IMG/VR virus record: IMGVR_UViG_3300044693_000272
DNA length: 64,000 nt
Source of the DNA: a virus
Lineage: Duplodnaviria; Heunggongvirae; Uroviricota; Caudoviricetes
Strand: one strand, 5' to 3'
The position numbers and the translations under genes are program-made. Under the pieces are notes generated by a model that was not told where the DNA came from, made no database searches, and saw nothing but the letters and a program-made list of their open reading frames with translations. Position 1 is the first letter of the stretch, and each line of letters opens with the position of its first letter. Positions 1 through 9,779 of this stretch are shown piece after piece.

Positions 1-301
1 TAACTGCAAAGTCACCGTGCATTGTGAGCAATACTTCACCATGTGTACCAATCATTTGTGTATCAGCATCAAAACAAAAATGTTGAATATATTTCATATT
101 CCATTTGCCACCACAATATTCAAACACTCTTTTACCATCTTTGAATTTGTAAGAGTCAGTCCTATTTTGCAGTGTATCGGGTAGTTTGGTATTGCCATCT
201 AAAATATAACACTTGAGGTCTCTCTGATGGCACAAATCATTAAGATAATGCTTTAAATCTGTGAACTTTCCATAGTTCATCAACTTGTAAACATATTTCA
301 T
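1..301 (-). CDS. hypothetical protein, 3'-truncated by window edge (MKYVYKLMNY...HGDFAV)
   Basis: ATG at 301 overlaps upstream TGA (ATGA); frame open to position 1. Confidence 0.7.
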   Translation of the reverse strand, partial: MKYVYKLMNYGKFTDLKHYLNDLCHQRDLKCYILDGNTKLPDTLQNRTDSYKFKDGKRVFEYCGGKWNMKYIQHFCFDADTQMIGTHGEVLLTMHGDFAV

Positions 302-589
302 ATACTGTTTCTCGCTGCTTCCAAAGCATTGATAACGTCCAATAAAGCTTCTTTGCTAAACACTGACTTACCACCAGTTACATTTTCATTGTGTGATTTT
401 GTTTTGTAATCTTTGTTTGATGGATCATTAATGTCGAACGGTAGTTTCACTACTTTGGCAAAACCACCAAATTTTTTTTTTGGAATATGCCCGCATCTCT
501 TTTACGGTACGGCATTCGTGCCCATGCAGAATTTCCCATCCGGCGGGATAACGTCGAGATTTGATAACGATTGCATGTGCCATTTTCAT
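298..589 (-). pseudogene. hypothetical protein interrupted by a +1 frameshift in an A10 run (472-481)
   Basis: MKMAH..SKKK frame continues as FGGFAKVVKLPF..ARNSI* only with 9 A; that stop is coupled to the next ATG. Confidence 0.55.
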
Positions 590-601
590 ATCCTTTTTTG
601 T

Positions 602-678
602 TGGTACCCCAAGAGGGATTCGAACCCCCGACCTCACGCCTTCGGAAGACGGCACTCTATCCACTGAGCTATTGGGGC
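602..678 (-). tRNA. trnR: tRNA-Arg(CCG)
   Basis: cloverleaf, loop TTCCGAA, TTCGAA T-loop, CCA. Confidence 0.95.
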
Positions 679-1004
679 GATAAAGAACGGTAATACGACC
701 ACCATACTAGCAATGCTGTATTCGCCAAATCTGCATCACTCATATTTACCAATTGAATCCTTAGCGGAGCATGATCTACAAACAAACCTGATGTCAACTC
801 CATAATCAACATCGTTCGTTGATTATGGTCAAACTTCACAATTCCTGCTGCAACGTTGCGAACTACTTGTTCCTGTTTATCACAGGAGCAGACTGAATGA
901 TCGCAAATGCATACACTTGGTGTATCCCAGATTTTATTAGCTAACATCAAGTTCTTTGTTATGAATTCCCAACGACCATACAATTTCGCCTTGATTTTCT
1001 GCAT
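669..1004 (-). CDS. hypothetical protein
   Basis: 111 aa ORF in co-oriented gene string. Confidence 0.6.
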   Translation of the reverse strand: MQKIKAKLYGRWEFITKNLMLANKIWDTPSVCICDHSVCSCDKQEQVVRNVAAGIVKFDHNQRTMLIMELTSGLFVDHAPLRIQLVNMSDADLANTALLVWWSYYRSLSPQ

Positions 1005-1248
1005 CTTGGGTCGAAGTGTCTTCGACCGTGTTCAACACGAACGGCTCATGAATGAAGTCACTGTCAATGCAAGCTTGCTTCAATTCTTGCATTTTACTTG
1101 CATCTTGCAGACGATCGAATACAAACAAAATTCGACCATCGTCGAGTATTACCTCTGAAGGGTTCAAACCAACTTTGGCGGTCTGCTCATATGCCCACGC
1201 TGTAAACGCTTGCTGAAGTCCACTCATATACCCTCCGTTGGTAGTCAT
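937..1248 (-). CDS. hypothetical protein
   Basis: 103 aa ORF, SD-like GGAGGG nearby. Confidence 0.65.
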   Translation of the reverse strand: MTTNGGYMSGLQQAFTAWAYEQTAKVGLNPSEVILDDGRILFVFDRLQDASKMQELKQACIDSDFIHEPFVLNTVEDTSTQDAENQGEIVWSLGIHNKELDVS

Positions 1249-1288
1249 ACTGGCTAGAGTGTAGCTTCATATGAAGACCAACGCAAGG

Positions 1289-1858
1289 TTACTTGATGTC
1301 AACATAACCACGAAAAGTTAAGCTGATTCTCGGTGGACAACTGGCCCCACGATCGCTCTTCGGAATTCGGTGCATATGCGTATCCTGCATTCCAGGATGC
1401 ATCAAACACAAACTTCCGTTCTGGAGTTTGACTCTTGTCACTTTCTTGGTGTCATCGTTCGGACGAAACAGAATGTCACGCTCTGCACCCAAGCTGATGA
1501 TAGCAATGCTACGAGTGTCATCCATTTCAGGACTATCATCGGCATGCCAACCCAGGTGATCCAAACCGTGATCGTATCCATTCAAGAAAACGACTTCATA
1601 CTGCTCGCTTGCATACAATGCAAGGTCTTCAGTCATCTTGGTAATAAGTGGATGCCATGGCTGCGAACAATATGTGCGGATGCCCCGGCCAGAACCATAC
1701 GTGTACGGTTCGCCTGAACGGCTACAATAGTATTCTCGACGTGGCACATTTTCATGTCGTACCCAATCAAGCTCATTCCAAAGCATCTTGAATACTTCGT
1801 CTGGGTTCGAAATCCAGTTCGGTACATAGCTGATTGGTACGCCGTCAAATGCATCCAT
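1289..1858 (-). CDS. AlkB-family 2OG-Fe(II) dioxygenase (ALKBH2/3-like)
   Basis: PRREYY, LNGY, GWHADD (HxD), HRIPK, RISLTFR motifs. Confidence 0.9.
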   Translation of the reverse strand: MDAFDGVPISYVPNWISNPDEVFKMLWNELDWVRHENVPRREYYCSRSGEPYTYGSGRGIRTYCSQPWHPLITKMTEDLALYASEQYEVVFLNGYDHGLDHLGWHADDSPEMDDTRSIAIISLGAERDILFRPNDDTKKVTRVKLQNGSLCLMHPGMQDTHMHRIPKSDRGASCPPRISLTFRGYVDIK

Positions 1859-2370
1859 TATTCACTCCTTTTACGCAACATCAACCTCGTGTTCGAAGCG
1901 TTGACGTTGAATTCGTCACCCTCGCAGATGATAGCGTACCTGTTAACATCAAACAAGTAGCATTCGTAATCTTTGCTGAGTTTCCTCCAAAGACCGTTGC
2001 TTGCATGCGACTGGTTGTTTCCGGACACGAGAGTATAACCGTTGTTCAGTATCCAGCGATAGATTGATTCAACGTAACCATTACCACGCTGCTCTTTAAC
2101 GGTGAACGAATGTGGTTCGAAAACTTTCTTATACTTACCGTATCTTTTGGGAATCAATTCAACTATTCCCATGACCCGATCTCGCCAGTTACTTTCAGCA
2201 TTCATGAGCTCAGCATGTTCAATACTCACGTAGTATTCATAATTGGTTTTATGAACAACTAACTTGATGGTATCAAAGTTGGTATCGATGATCGTTCTTT
2301 TCCTAATCCAACTATCGTTAACCATGCTACGAAAATCAGTAGCGCCATCACTAAATGAATCAACAATCAT
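1858..2370 (-). CDS. GNAT-fold-like hypothetical protein
   Basis: QRGNGY..SIY and QSHASNGLWRKL resemble acetyl-CoA-binding motif A. Confidence 0.5.
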   Translation of the reverse strand: MIVDSFSDGATDFRSMVNDSWIRKRTIIDTNFDTIKLVVHKTNYEYYVSIEHAELMNAESNWRDRVMGIVELIPKRYGKYKKVFEPHSFTVKEQRGNGYVESIYRWILNNGYTLVSGNNQSHASNGLWRKLSKDYECYLFDVNRYAIICEGDEFNVNASNTRLMLRKRSE

Positions 2371-2377
2371 TTTATTT

Positions 2378-2695
2378 TTAACTTCCTGTGTTGAAATGCT
2401 TCAAAAGTTGGTTCATTTTTGATTCAATATTTTTGACACCAACTGGATTCTGGCTGTGAACGTAATATTGAAATTCAGTAGGAAACTGCAATCGTCCTTC
2501 AATTAGTTCGTCGGTAAGCCAATTGATGAAAACGATTGATGTATCTTCACCACCTAAGTCATGATCAAAAGAAATGAAATCAGGAATACCAAACTTTTTT
2601 ACGAAGTTTTTGGCTTCGGCACTAGATCTAACTACGATCCATTCTGTACCATCATTCGGTGGAAATCGTTCGTCATCAATGAAAAGTTTGATCAT
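2378..2695 (-). CDS. cyclic-phosphate-processing receiver-like domain protein
   Basis: LFIDDER.P, ISFDHDLG, HSQNPVG motifs. Confidence 0.7.
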   Translation of the reverse strand: MIKLFIDDERFPPNDGTEWIVVRSSAEAKNFVKKFGIPDFISFDHDLGGEDTSIVFINWLTDELIEGRLQFPTEFQYYVHSQNPVGVKNIESKMNQLLKHFNTGS

Positions 2696-2802
2696 GCGTA
2701 TCCTCAAAGTTGCCAAATAGTAACATGCATAATTTGGCAACTCAAGGTAGCAAATGAAATGGCTACCAGTTTGGTAGCCATTATTGACGAGCTATTATTG
2801 TA

Positions 2803-3504
2803 TCAGTATGGGAGAATACCGCAAAACTGCACAGCGAGAGTGAGTTGATACGCAGTGTCAAGCTGTTTGAAATCTTGCCATTCTTCAGGAGAACAAGCAG
2901 GACCTTCACCATCTACTTCACCTGTAGCATCTTCTGTTCCCAAGTACGGTTTTAACTTATTCGTGACAAAATCAAGCACGTATTCTGGATCGCTCCAATT
3001 TTCTTTTTCACGCGTGCTTCCGCTGATTTTTCGATCGATAGTTTGACCAAATTGTTCGAAAAAGAAGTCGAATGCTGGTCGAGCAAGCTCAATCACTTCA
3101 CGTTCAGCAGCCGGTACTTCAATCTCGTAACGTTTGAGCCGTTCGACTAGAGAAGGTTCATTAGATTCCACCAATCCCTTCTTTCGAGCGGCTCGGCGGG
3201 CATCACGCTGCTTTTGCTTTTCTTCAGCAATTGCAGCCATTTGTTCGTTAAATTCTCGTTCCTTACGAGCTCTAACTTCTTTGGGATCATTAATCGTGGG
3301 GCCAGTCCAGCCTTTGCGATATTTGACCAATTCATCTTTTTCAAAGCGTTCAAATGTTCCATCTGGATACATGACAAAGTGAACACCTTGATTAACACCA
3401 ACAGCAGCTAGTTCATTACCATTTGTTACTTGTTTGTCAAGTATTTCGCCGCCAATCTTCAGGAGGCGTTCGATTCGATCTTGTACTGCGGTTGTGTATT
3501 GCAT
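2803..3504 (-). CDS. hypothetical protein (central charged coiled coil)
   Basis: 233 aa ORF. Confidence 0.75.
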   Translation of the reverse strand: MQYTTAVQDRIERLLKIGGEILDKQVTNGNELAAVGVNQGVHFVMYPDGTFERFEKDELVKYRKGWTGPTINDPKEVRARKEREFNEQMAAIAEEKQKQRDARRAARKKGLVESNEPSLVERLKRYEIEVPAAEREVIELARPAFDFFFEQFGQTIDRKISGSTREKENWSDPEYVLDFVTNKLKPYLGTEDATGEVDGEGPACSPEEWQDFKQLDTAYQLTLAVQFCGILPY

Positions 3505-3564
3505 TTGTCTTTGTTGGTAGTCTTGGAGAAAATATTATAACGAAAGCAACCTTATCATGCAACG

Positions 3565-3993
3565 TCAATCACGTGGAAATTTGCGCCAAAATGGCACATT
3601 TACTTTTGGGAAATTCGCGTTATCTTGCCAAATGTAATCGAGGAATTCAGGATTTATCAGCTTCAAAAACCACGGATCATGACCACATTCCAGGTACATT
3701 TGCATCTTTACTTTGTAGTCAACATTCAACAAACCACCATGTGAAGGCCATTCACTCATCAAATCTGTATTATCCAACAATGTTCGAGGAAAGTGCTGTT
3801 CAACAAATTCCAACATATTAGCGATAATATCTTGACCTGCATGCTCAATTTTCAGCAAGGCATGCGCCATCTTATATGCGCGTACTCGGTCTTGCAGAAT
3901 GCAAGCCTCTGCAAAACTGCCCGGGTACAACCCGGCAACAATGAATATAGCCATCGATCGAATGACATCAATGTCGTACTTTTTATCCATCAA
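3565..3993 (-). CDS. hypothetical protein
   Basis: 142 aa ORF overlapping upstream stop. Confidence 0.7.
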   Translation of the reverse strand: MMDKKYDIDVIRSMAIFIVAGLYPGSFAEACILQDRVRAYKMAHALLKIEHAGQDIIANMLEFVEQHFPRTLLDNTDLMSEWPSHGGLLNVDYKVKMQMYLECGHDPWFLKLINPEFLDYIWQDNANFPKVNVPFWRKFPRD

Positions 3994-4225
3994 TGTTTAC
4001 TCGTAAACATTCATACCAATTCGGGTGAGTTCCAATTAACCACAGACGACGCCATTCCGCAAGGTATCCGTAAGTTTTGATGTAATCCATCACTCGTGTT
4101 TCAAGATCATCTCCTTTGAACACAGCTAAAGCTTCACCCTTGTAGGTGACTTGGACCACATGGTCATCACCACCAGTTTTTTCGTTCTTGCGAGAACCAT
4201 GTATGATGTTGAAGTCTTTATTCAT
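3983..4225 (-). CDS. hypothetical protein
   Basis: 80 aa ORF. Confidence 0.65.
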   Translation of the reverse strand: MNKDFNIIHGSRKNEKTGGDDHVVQVTYKGEALAVFKGDDLETRVMDYIKTYGYLAEWRRLWLIGTHPNWYECLRVNIDG

Positions 4226-4269
4226 TTGGGATCCCTTAAATTCTTCAAATGATACGAAATGTTGTTCAT

Positions 4270-4488
4270 TTAATCAACGTCTTCGACTTCTTCAGATTCT
4301 ACATACGGATACTTGAATGTGCGTGTTAATTCAAAGTCACAACCATTGCACCAATTTGTACAACGATGACGAAATTGAACAGGATTGCTCATCAAATTCG
4401 CATAGGACCGCATCTTGCCCTGACCACACTTGTCGCAGACATAATCAATTTCAACGGGGCGAACGATTTTTCTAGTCAGCGGCATCAC
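4270..4488 (-). CDS. small Zn-finger protein
   Basis: CDKC..HRC..C motifs. Confidence 0.65.
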   Translation of the reverse strand: MMPLTRKIVRPVEIDYVCDKCGQGKMRSYANLMSNPVQFRHRCTNWCNGCDFELTRTFKYPYVESEEVEDVD

Positions 4489-4808
4489 TTATTCCAATTC
4501 GTAGTTTCAATTTTGTAAGGTGAACGAGATGTTCGTTCTTCAAACGGTGTTGCAGCCATCATTCGTGCGGTTTTCTTATATTTCGCAGCTAAAACCTTCA
4601 CCGCTTCACGATCAGAAGCATGTTCAATAATCGTTCGTTGATGAGCTTCTACACCATGTGTGGCAACTGAATCAAGCAGCAATCTAGAACGACCCAAGTA
4701 ACCATCATTCAAGTCATCAGTTGAATGATAATCTATGAAACTTTTACCAGTTGTCGAACAGGTGGTAACAAATACAAAATGATGCTGTTTATCTTCAAAA
4801 TCGCTCAT
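4485..4808 (-). CDS. degenerate GIY-YIG-like protein
   Basis: FVFVTTC..TGKSFIDYHSTDDLNDGYLG resembles Seg-like N-terminus but lacks YIG. Confidence 0.5.
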   Translation of the reverse strand: MSDFEDKQHHFVFVTTCSTTGKSFIDYHSTDDLNDGYLGRSRLLLDSVATHGVEAHQRTIIEHASDREAVKVLAAKYKKTARMMAATPFEERTSRSPYKIETTNWNK

Positions 4809-5206
4809 TATCGATATGCGTAAGTAATTTCTGTCTTGCCATGTGCTGCTGGTTTGCCATCCTCACCAATGTTGACAAATACAATTTTAGCAATTGATAG
4901 TATTGTTTGTTTGGTCATTTTGTTGCGGACCTCACAGCGCATTGTGATTGATGTGCGACCGAAGTGAGTGGCCACAATGCCAAGTTCGATAATGTCACCT
5001 TGTTTAGCACTGCTAACAAAGTTAATTTCTGACATCAGCTTTGTAACGATACGCTGATTCTGAAGTTGAATCGTTGCGTAGATTGCACACTCTTCATCAA
5101 TCCACGAAAGTAGCCTTCCACCAAATAATGAACCGTTAGGGTTCAAATCTTCGGGCTTGATCCATCGTCGGGTGTGAAAATTCATTGGGTTGGTTACTTC
5201 AATCAT
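4808..5206 (-). CDS. acyl-CoA thioesterase, hotdog fold (YciA-like)
   Basis: DLNPNGSLFGGRLLSWIDE, GDIIE, GRTS motifs. Confidence 0.9.
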   Translation of the reverse strand: MIEVTNPMNFHTRRWIKPEDLNPNGSLFGGRLLSWIDEECAIYATIQLQNQRIVTKLMSEINFVSSAKQGDIIELGIVATHFGRTSITMRCEVRNKMTKQTILSIAKIVFVNIGEDGKPAAHGKTEITYAYR

Positions 5207-5211
5207 TGTTA

Positions 5212-5631
5212 TTACCAATCAAAAACAAAGCTACCAATATTAGCTTGCATCAATTCTTCTTTTATCTTATCTACTACATTTGGAATTTTCACTAGCTTCT
5301 CAGTAAAACAATACACCAAATCATCTGTGCTACAAGTCTGAATGTATTGATCAACATCACCTTGAACTTCGTTCACAAAGTCAATCATATTAATTGTTTG
5401 ATGTCGTTCGGCACCGTAATCATCATACCATTCAAACCCACCAAAACACGAAAAAGTATAATAATATTCTTTATGTCCTCGCAATTCACTTGGGGCCGAA
5501 ACAAACAATTTCCAACGATCATCAATTGGAATCGTTTTATCAGTAATAACTTTCATGAAATGCGAATGGATATTGTTTACGATATCCTTGTATAGATCGA
5601 TTTCTTTTTGTAGTTCTTGAATGGTTGTCAT
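5212..5631 (-). CDS. hypothetical protein
   Basis: 139 aa ORF. Confidence 0.7.
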   Translation of the reverse strand: MTTIQELQKEIDLYKDIVNNIHSHFMKVITDKTIPIDDRWKLFVSAPSELRGHKEYYYTFSCFGGFEWYDDYGAERHQTINMIDFVNEVQGDVDQYIQTCSTDDLVYCFTEKLVKIPNVVDKIKEELMQANIGSFVFDW

Positions 5632-5695
5632 TTTATTTTTCGGTATTGACTAGAACGGTGCCAATTATATAACACAATTGGCACCTTCACAGCGG

Positions 5696-7192
5696 TTACT
5701 TGGCTTGGTTCAACAAGAACTGAACGAGCAACGGCACCGGTCGTCCGGTTGCTTCTTTGTTTTTACCACCAGTTGAAGCTGTACCAGCAATATCAAGGTG
5801 AGCCCAACGTGTGCCATCTTCGATGAAACGGCCCAAGAAACAAGCAGCAGATGAACTTCCACCATCACGACCACCAACATTAGCAACGTCCGCATGGTTA
5901 GTCTTCAACATATCATCGAACTCTTGATCCATGGGCATACGCCACACCGTATCCATAGCACCATAACCAGCATTGATCAGATCACGAGCAAGTTCATCAT
6001 CCTTGGTGAACAAACCACTATGCACTTCACCCAAGGCAACACAAATAGCACCAGTCAATGTAGCAAGGTCAATAATCAATGATGGCTTGGTGCGCAGCTT
6101 TTGTTGAGCATAGGTCAATGCATCACATAGAATCAAACGACCTTCAGCGTCAGTGTTGTTATTCTCGATAGTAATACCAGACATCGAGGTAACGATATCG
6201 CCAGGTTTAACAGCCGAACCTGATGGCATATTTTCACATGTTGGGATAACACCAACAATGTTCTTCTTAATGCCAATTTGTTGTGCGGCCTTGATGGCAC
6301 CAATAACGGCACCTGCACCAAGCATGTCGTACTTCATTTCGTTCATGCCAGATGATGGCTTGATCGAGATACCACCTGTATCAAATGTGATTCCCTTACC
6401 AACCAATGCTATAGGGGCTTCATCATAATTATCGGCACCATTGTATGAAATCAAAATAAGCTTTGGTTCCTGCACCGAACCTTGTGCAACTGACAAGAAC
6501 GAATTCATACCCAACTGCTCGATCGCATACTTGGTTAGTACAACCACGTCCGTGTTTTTATTGGCCAGTGTAATAGCCTGTTCACCAAGCCATGTTGGAG
6601 TGCAAACATTACCAGGTGTGTTACCGAGATCTTTCGTGAACGACATACCCGATGCAATAGCATTACCTGTATTAACCGAATCTTGCGCAAACGGCACGCT
6701 TTCATCGTCATCAATGACAACAGTAATTGCATTTGGGAAGACAACAGGTTCAGCCTTGCTCTTGAACTTGTCAAAAGAGTATTCGGCACCACGAAGCGTC
6801 ATGGTAAGCTCACGAAGAGCATCCAAGCCAGTCATGTACTGGGTGTTGATCTGTTCGATCAAACGTACCAGAACGCCGGAAAACGCACGACCTTTGATAT
6901 TTGATGCAACAGCAGAAACAGCCTTGTTGAATGCATGACGATCAAATTTTTCTCGTTTACCAAGACCAACAAGAAGAACTCTGGAGAGTGACGTCACAAA
7001 TTCAATATGCGTATTGCCCAGAGACGGTTTGAAATCACCATCAGCAATACGCTTGGAGATGACACCAGCGAAATATGAATCATATTCACTGACAATACCA
7101 GTCAGTATGTCTTCTTCAAACACACCAACAACAATCATGTCCTGATCTTGCGTTTTATCATAATCAGAATGACGAACTACTTTGATTTCCAT
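5696..7192 (-). CDS. pepA: leucyl aminopeptidase (M17)
   Basis: VGKGITFDTGGISIKP, MKYDM, NTDAEGRL, DLATLTGA, HLDIAG. Confidence 0.97.
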   Translation of the reverse strand: MEIKVVRHSDYDKTQDQDMIVVGVFEEDILTGIVSEYDSYFAGVISKRIADGDFKPSLGNTHIEFVTSLSRVLLVGLGKREKFDRHAFNKAVSAVASNIKGRAFSGVLVRLIEQINTQYMTGLDALRELTMTLRGAEYSFDKFKSKAEPVVFPNAITVVIDDDESVPFAQDSVNTGNAIASGMSFTKDLGNTPGNVCTPTWLGEQAITLANKNTDVVVLTKYAIEQLGMNSFLSVAQGSVQEPKLILISYNGADNYDEAPIALVGKGITFDTGGISIKPSSGMNEMKYDMLGAGAVIGAIKAAQQIGIKKNIVGVIPTCENMPSGSAVKPGDIVTSMSGITIENNNTDAEGRLILCDALTYAQQKLRTKPSLIIDLATLTGAICVALGEVHSGLFTKDDELARDLINAGYGAMDTVWRMPMDQEFDDMLKTNHADVANVGGRDGGSSSAACFLGRFIEDGTRWAHLDIAGTASTGGKNKEATGRPVPLLVQFLLNQAK

Positions 7193-7217
7193 ATTTGTTT
7201 TTATTTCCAAATGAAAA

Positions 7218-7236
7218 GAAGCCGTAATACGGCTTC
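7218..7236 (-). terminator. intrinsic terminator
   Basis: GAAGCCGT-aat-ACGGCTTC hairpin with T-run on minus strand. Confidence 0.6.
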
Positions 7237-7307
7237 ACTAATGAAATTGCCGCTTTGTAATAATAACAGAACGGCAAGCCAAACGTTATTTCACTGTGGT
7301 ATTTGAT

Positions 7308-7661
7308 TCAATCCTCATCTTTCATCCGTTCATACTCAGCTGTTTCAATTTCATCACGAATGGCGAAATACTTTTCAGTCCAAACATCGTCACCTGGTTT
7401 GAACCCAAGACCGTTCACAGCACAAGTATGTAGCGTGCATATCGGGCGTAAATGCGGATCGGCAGTACAACCAGTCGGACCCATCAATGGAAGCCTTGGA
7501 TGATTCGTACGAACAAGAGTGACACCCCATTGCTCTTGAGCATAGATGATCGCTCCCTCGCAGTATTCGGGTGAACAACAAGAATGCGGGCATCTACATT
7601 GCGCACACTCGTCCTTCGTATGTTCGTACATCGTTTGGTACAAACGGACCAAGTGTTCCAT
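7308..7661 (-). CDS. Cys-rich YkgJ-like metal/Fe-S-binding protein
   Basis: CAQCRCPHSCC..C..GC..RP.C...C pattern. Confidence 0.55.
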   Translation of the reverse strand: MEHLVRLYQTMYEHTKDECAQCRCPHSCCSPEYCEGAIIYAQEQWGVTLVRTNHPRLPLMGPTGCTADPHLRPICTLHTCAVNGLGFKPGDDVWTEKYFAIRDEIETAEYERMKDED

Positions 7662-7676
7662 AACCTACCCCTCAAA

Positions 7677-7751
7677 TGGCGCGCCCGGAGGGAATCGAAC
7701 CCCCACTCGATGCTTAGAAGACACCTGTTCTATCCGTTGAACTACGGGCGC
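7677..7751 (-). tRNA. trnR: tRNA-Arg(TCT)
   Basis: cloverleaf, loop CTTCTAA, CCA. Confidence 0.95.
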
Positions 7752-7779
7752 ATAAGCGAATGATAACATCACTCGCCAA

Positions 7780-7992
7780 TTAAATCAGCACACCTTCGCA
7801 CGAATCAATCGTCACATAATACGATACATCATGAGGACGACTCTGCCCTTCATAATGAACCATGACCTTAGCCATTGCATCATCTGAGTCGGCGGCTACC
7901 ACTAATCGACGTAGCTTTTCGTGCTCGGGTTCCCGCATATAATGCCTGGTTTGCAATGTGAATTCAACCAGAAATAAATTGGTTATGTCCAT
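7780..7992 (-). CDS. hypothetical protein
   Basis: ORF coupled to upstream gene. Confidence 0.6.
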   Translation of the reverse strand: MDITNLFLVEFTLQTRHYMREPEHEKLRRLVVAADSDDAMAKVMVHYEGQSRPHDVSYYVTIDSCEGVLI

Positions 7993-8303
7993 CAGAACTT
8001 GATCCATTCCCCTTCTTGATCACCCTCGTTATCCGTTGACTCAACCAAATCTTCAGGCCGGTAAAACAACGGCAACGCTTGCGATTTCGCAGTTATGTTC
8101 ATCATGTACGCATTCATCTCGTACACATTTTGTTGAATCGCTTGGCAAATACGACAACGTGAATCAGGATCAACCACATCACCTTCATTGAGAGTAACAC
8201 ATTGCCCTATAACACGAACAGAACGAGTCTCTATCCAGGTATCATGAATAACCTTGATACCTTCAAGTTCGATAACAGGCAACTCTCCAGGAAAATTAAA
8301 CAT
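7992..8303 (-). CDS. hypothetical protein
   Basis: SD GGAGGG before ATG. Confidence 0.65.
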   Translation of the reverse strand: MFNFPGELPVIELEGIKVIHDTWIETRSVRVIGQCVTLNEGDVVDPDSRCRICQAIQQNVYEMNAYMMNITAKSQALPLFYRPEDLVESTDNEGDQEGEWIKF

Positions 8304-8579
8304 GACGGCCCTCCTGTAGTTATTCTGCTTCAACAATTAATTTACGAAGCTAATCATGACCAATCCAGGTTGGTTCCAAAAAAGCATATTGCATGGTTTG
8401 CCCTAACTAATCACCACCTCCTCCTTTAAGTTCACCCTCATCACATGATATGCTCATTTGAGCATTACGTCAAACGTAATACCGTAGTAACTGAGCAAGT
8501 ATGACTGTCAGTATAGTAAATTATCCTATGTTCACAACCGTCACTCGTATATCACGAACTAACCATCAATCACAGAAGA

Positions 8580-8652
8580 ATTCATGGAGGTTATAAGTCT
8601 TTCCTAATGACTTTCACGAATCATTAATTGGAGACTATCAAACCCAGGCAGA
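8580..8652. repeat. dispersed intergenic repeat copy A (ATTCATGGAGGTT-N~46-CAAACCCAGGYAGA)
   Basis: same ends at 56723-56795 and 57673-57741. Confidence 0.75.
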
Positions 8653-8659
8653 GGTCATG

Positions 8660-8689
8660 AAAAATGGCGGCTTAACAGCCGCCATTTTT
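8660..8689. terminator. bidirectional intrinsic terminator
   Basis: AAAAATGGCGGC-ttaaca-GCCGCCATTTTT. Confidence 0.8.
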
Positions 8690-8707
8690 GGCATGTGTGA
8701 TAATTAC

Positions 8708-8974
8708 CTACATAGGTACTAGCTCAACATTGAAGTAGGTGAGTGGTCGATTTGGTTTACCATCTGGGCGTATTGGGGTAACGTTAGATTGTTGACGCCA
8801 AAATTCATGTGCAGTGACTCTATCTGGGAACTGTTTTGCATCTTTGATGAAAGGGGAGCATTTCAATTCCCCTCGTCCATCATGGGCCTCAACGTCAAAT
8901 GATTTGATATAGGTACCATCAAAGTCTGTTGCCTGTCCCGTTGCCGCACTCAATATCTTGATCACAATCATCAT
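8708..8974 (-). CDS. hypothetical protein
   Basis: 88 aa ORF; RPDGKPNRPLT motif. Confidence 0.7.
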   Translation of the reverse strand: MMIVIKILSAATGQATDFDGTYIKSFDVEAHDGRGELKCSPFIKDAKQFPDRVTAHEFWRQQSNVTPIRPDGKPNRPLTYFNVELVPM

Positions 8975-9026
8975 TCGCCCCTGTGAAGAGATTTCATTCT
9001 AACACAGGTGAGCTTAGAAGTCAGGC

Positions 9027-9341
9027 TTAGTCACCAGAGTCAATCATATAAGTATCCCCACAATGCTTGCAGTGATAGTTGGTTGTACAGCGCCACGAAC
9101 CTTTGCTTGCCGTGTATTCATGTTCGCATGGCGAACCATCATCTCGTAGTCGCACTTTCCCGCTGGATTTACCGAACATGTATTGTGCGCCGCAGTTAGT
9201 ACAGTCAACACAATCATCTTCTGCTTTGTAACCATACCATCCGTTACTTTCAGCATATTTGCGGAGATGATCAGGACATGACATCCGCCCCGTTCCTTTA
9301 CAGACCGGGCATGTGCCGTATTGAACGTTCTTTGTGTTCAC
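9027..9341 (-). CDS. Zn-finger protein (DnaJ-type CxxCxGxG plus further CxxC pairs)
   Basis: CPVCKGTG, CTNCG, CKHCG. Confidence 0.75.
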   Translation of the reverse strand: MNTKNVQYGTCPVCKGTGRMSCPDHLRKYAESNGWYGYKAEDDCVDCTNCGAQYMFGKSSGKVRLRDDGSPCEHEYTASKGSWRCTTNYHCKHCGDTYMIDSGD

Positions 9342-9351
9342 AATTCATCCT

Positions 9352-9537
9352 TTAAAAACGGAATTCTCTCACCCACCAGAATTTGGTCGTTTCGGCCGGA
9401 AGCCAGCGAACAGTGAGGCTTTCAAGATCTCCAGGTTCGAGGCTAATCAGCAACCAGTCCTTGGCATCTGAAAACCGTACATCGTGTGCAATCCTCACGA
9501 TTTCAACTACTCGGTCATCTAATTTCGCCAATAACAT
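9352..9537 (-). CDS. hypothetical protein
   Basis: 61 aa ORF with SD AGGAGAG. Confidence 0.6.
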   Translation of the reverse strand: MLLAKLDDRVVEIVRIAHDVRFSDAKDWLLISLEPGDLESLTVRWLPAETTKFWWVREFRF

Positions 9538-9736
9538 GATTGCTCTCCTTGTTACATTCTTCGTTAAATGATAAGCTCATTTGAGCTTATATTCAAGCAT
9601 TAGATTGCGCTCGAAACGTCGCTCCTACTTGAAACAATTCGAACGGCATTGGTTGAAATCCATATTTCTCGCACAAATCGGTATAACGTTGATAGCTTTG
9701 CTGCTCTTGCTGCGTCATCTCACTCTCCTGTTCATC

Positions 9737-9777
9737 TACCATGTTCATATGGTAGATTCATTTGGCAATGGGATCAA
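9737..9777 (-). promoter_or_regulatory. sigma70-like early promoter with palindromic -10/+1
   Basis: TTGATC-N17-TACCAT-atgaac-ATGGTA. Confidence 0.7.
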
Positions 9778-9779
9778 GC

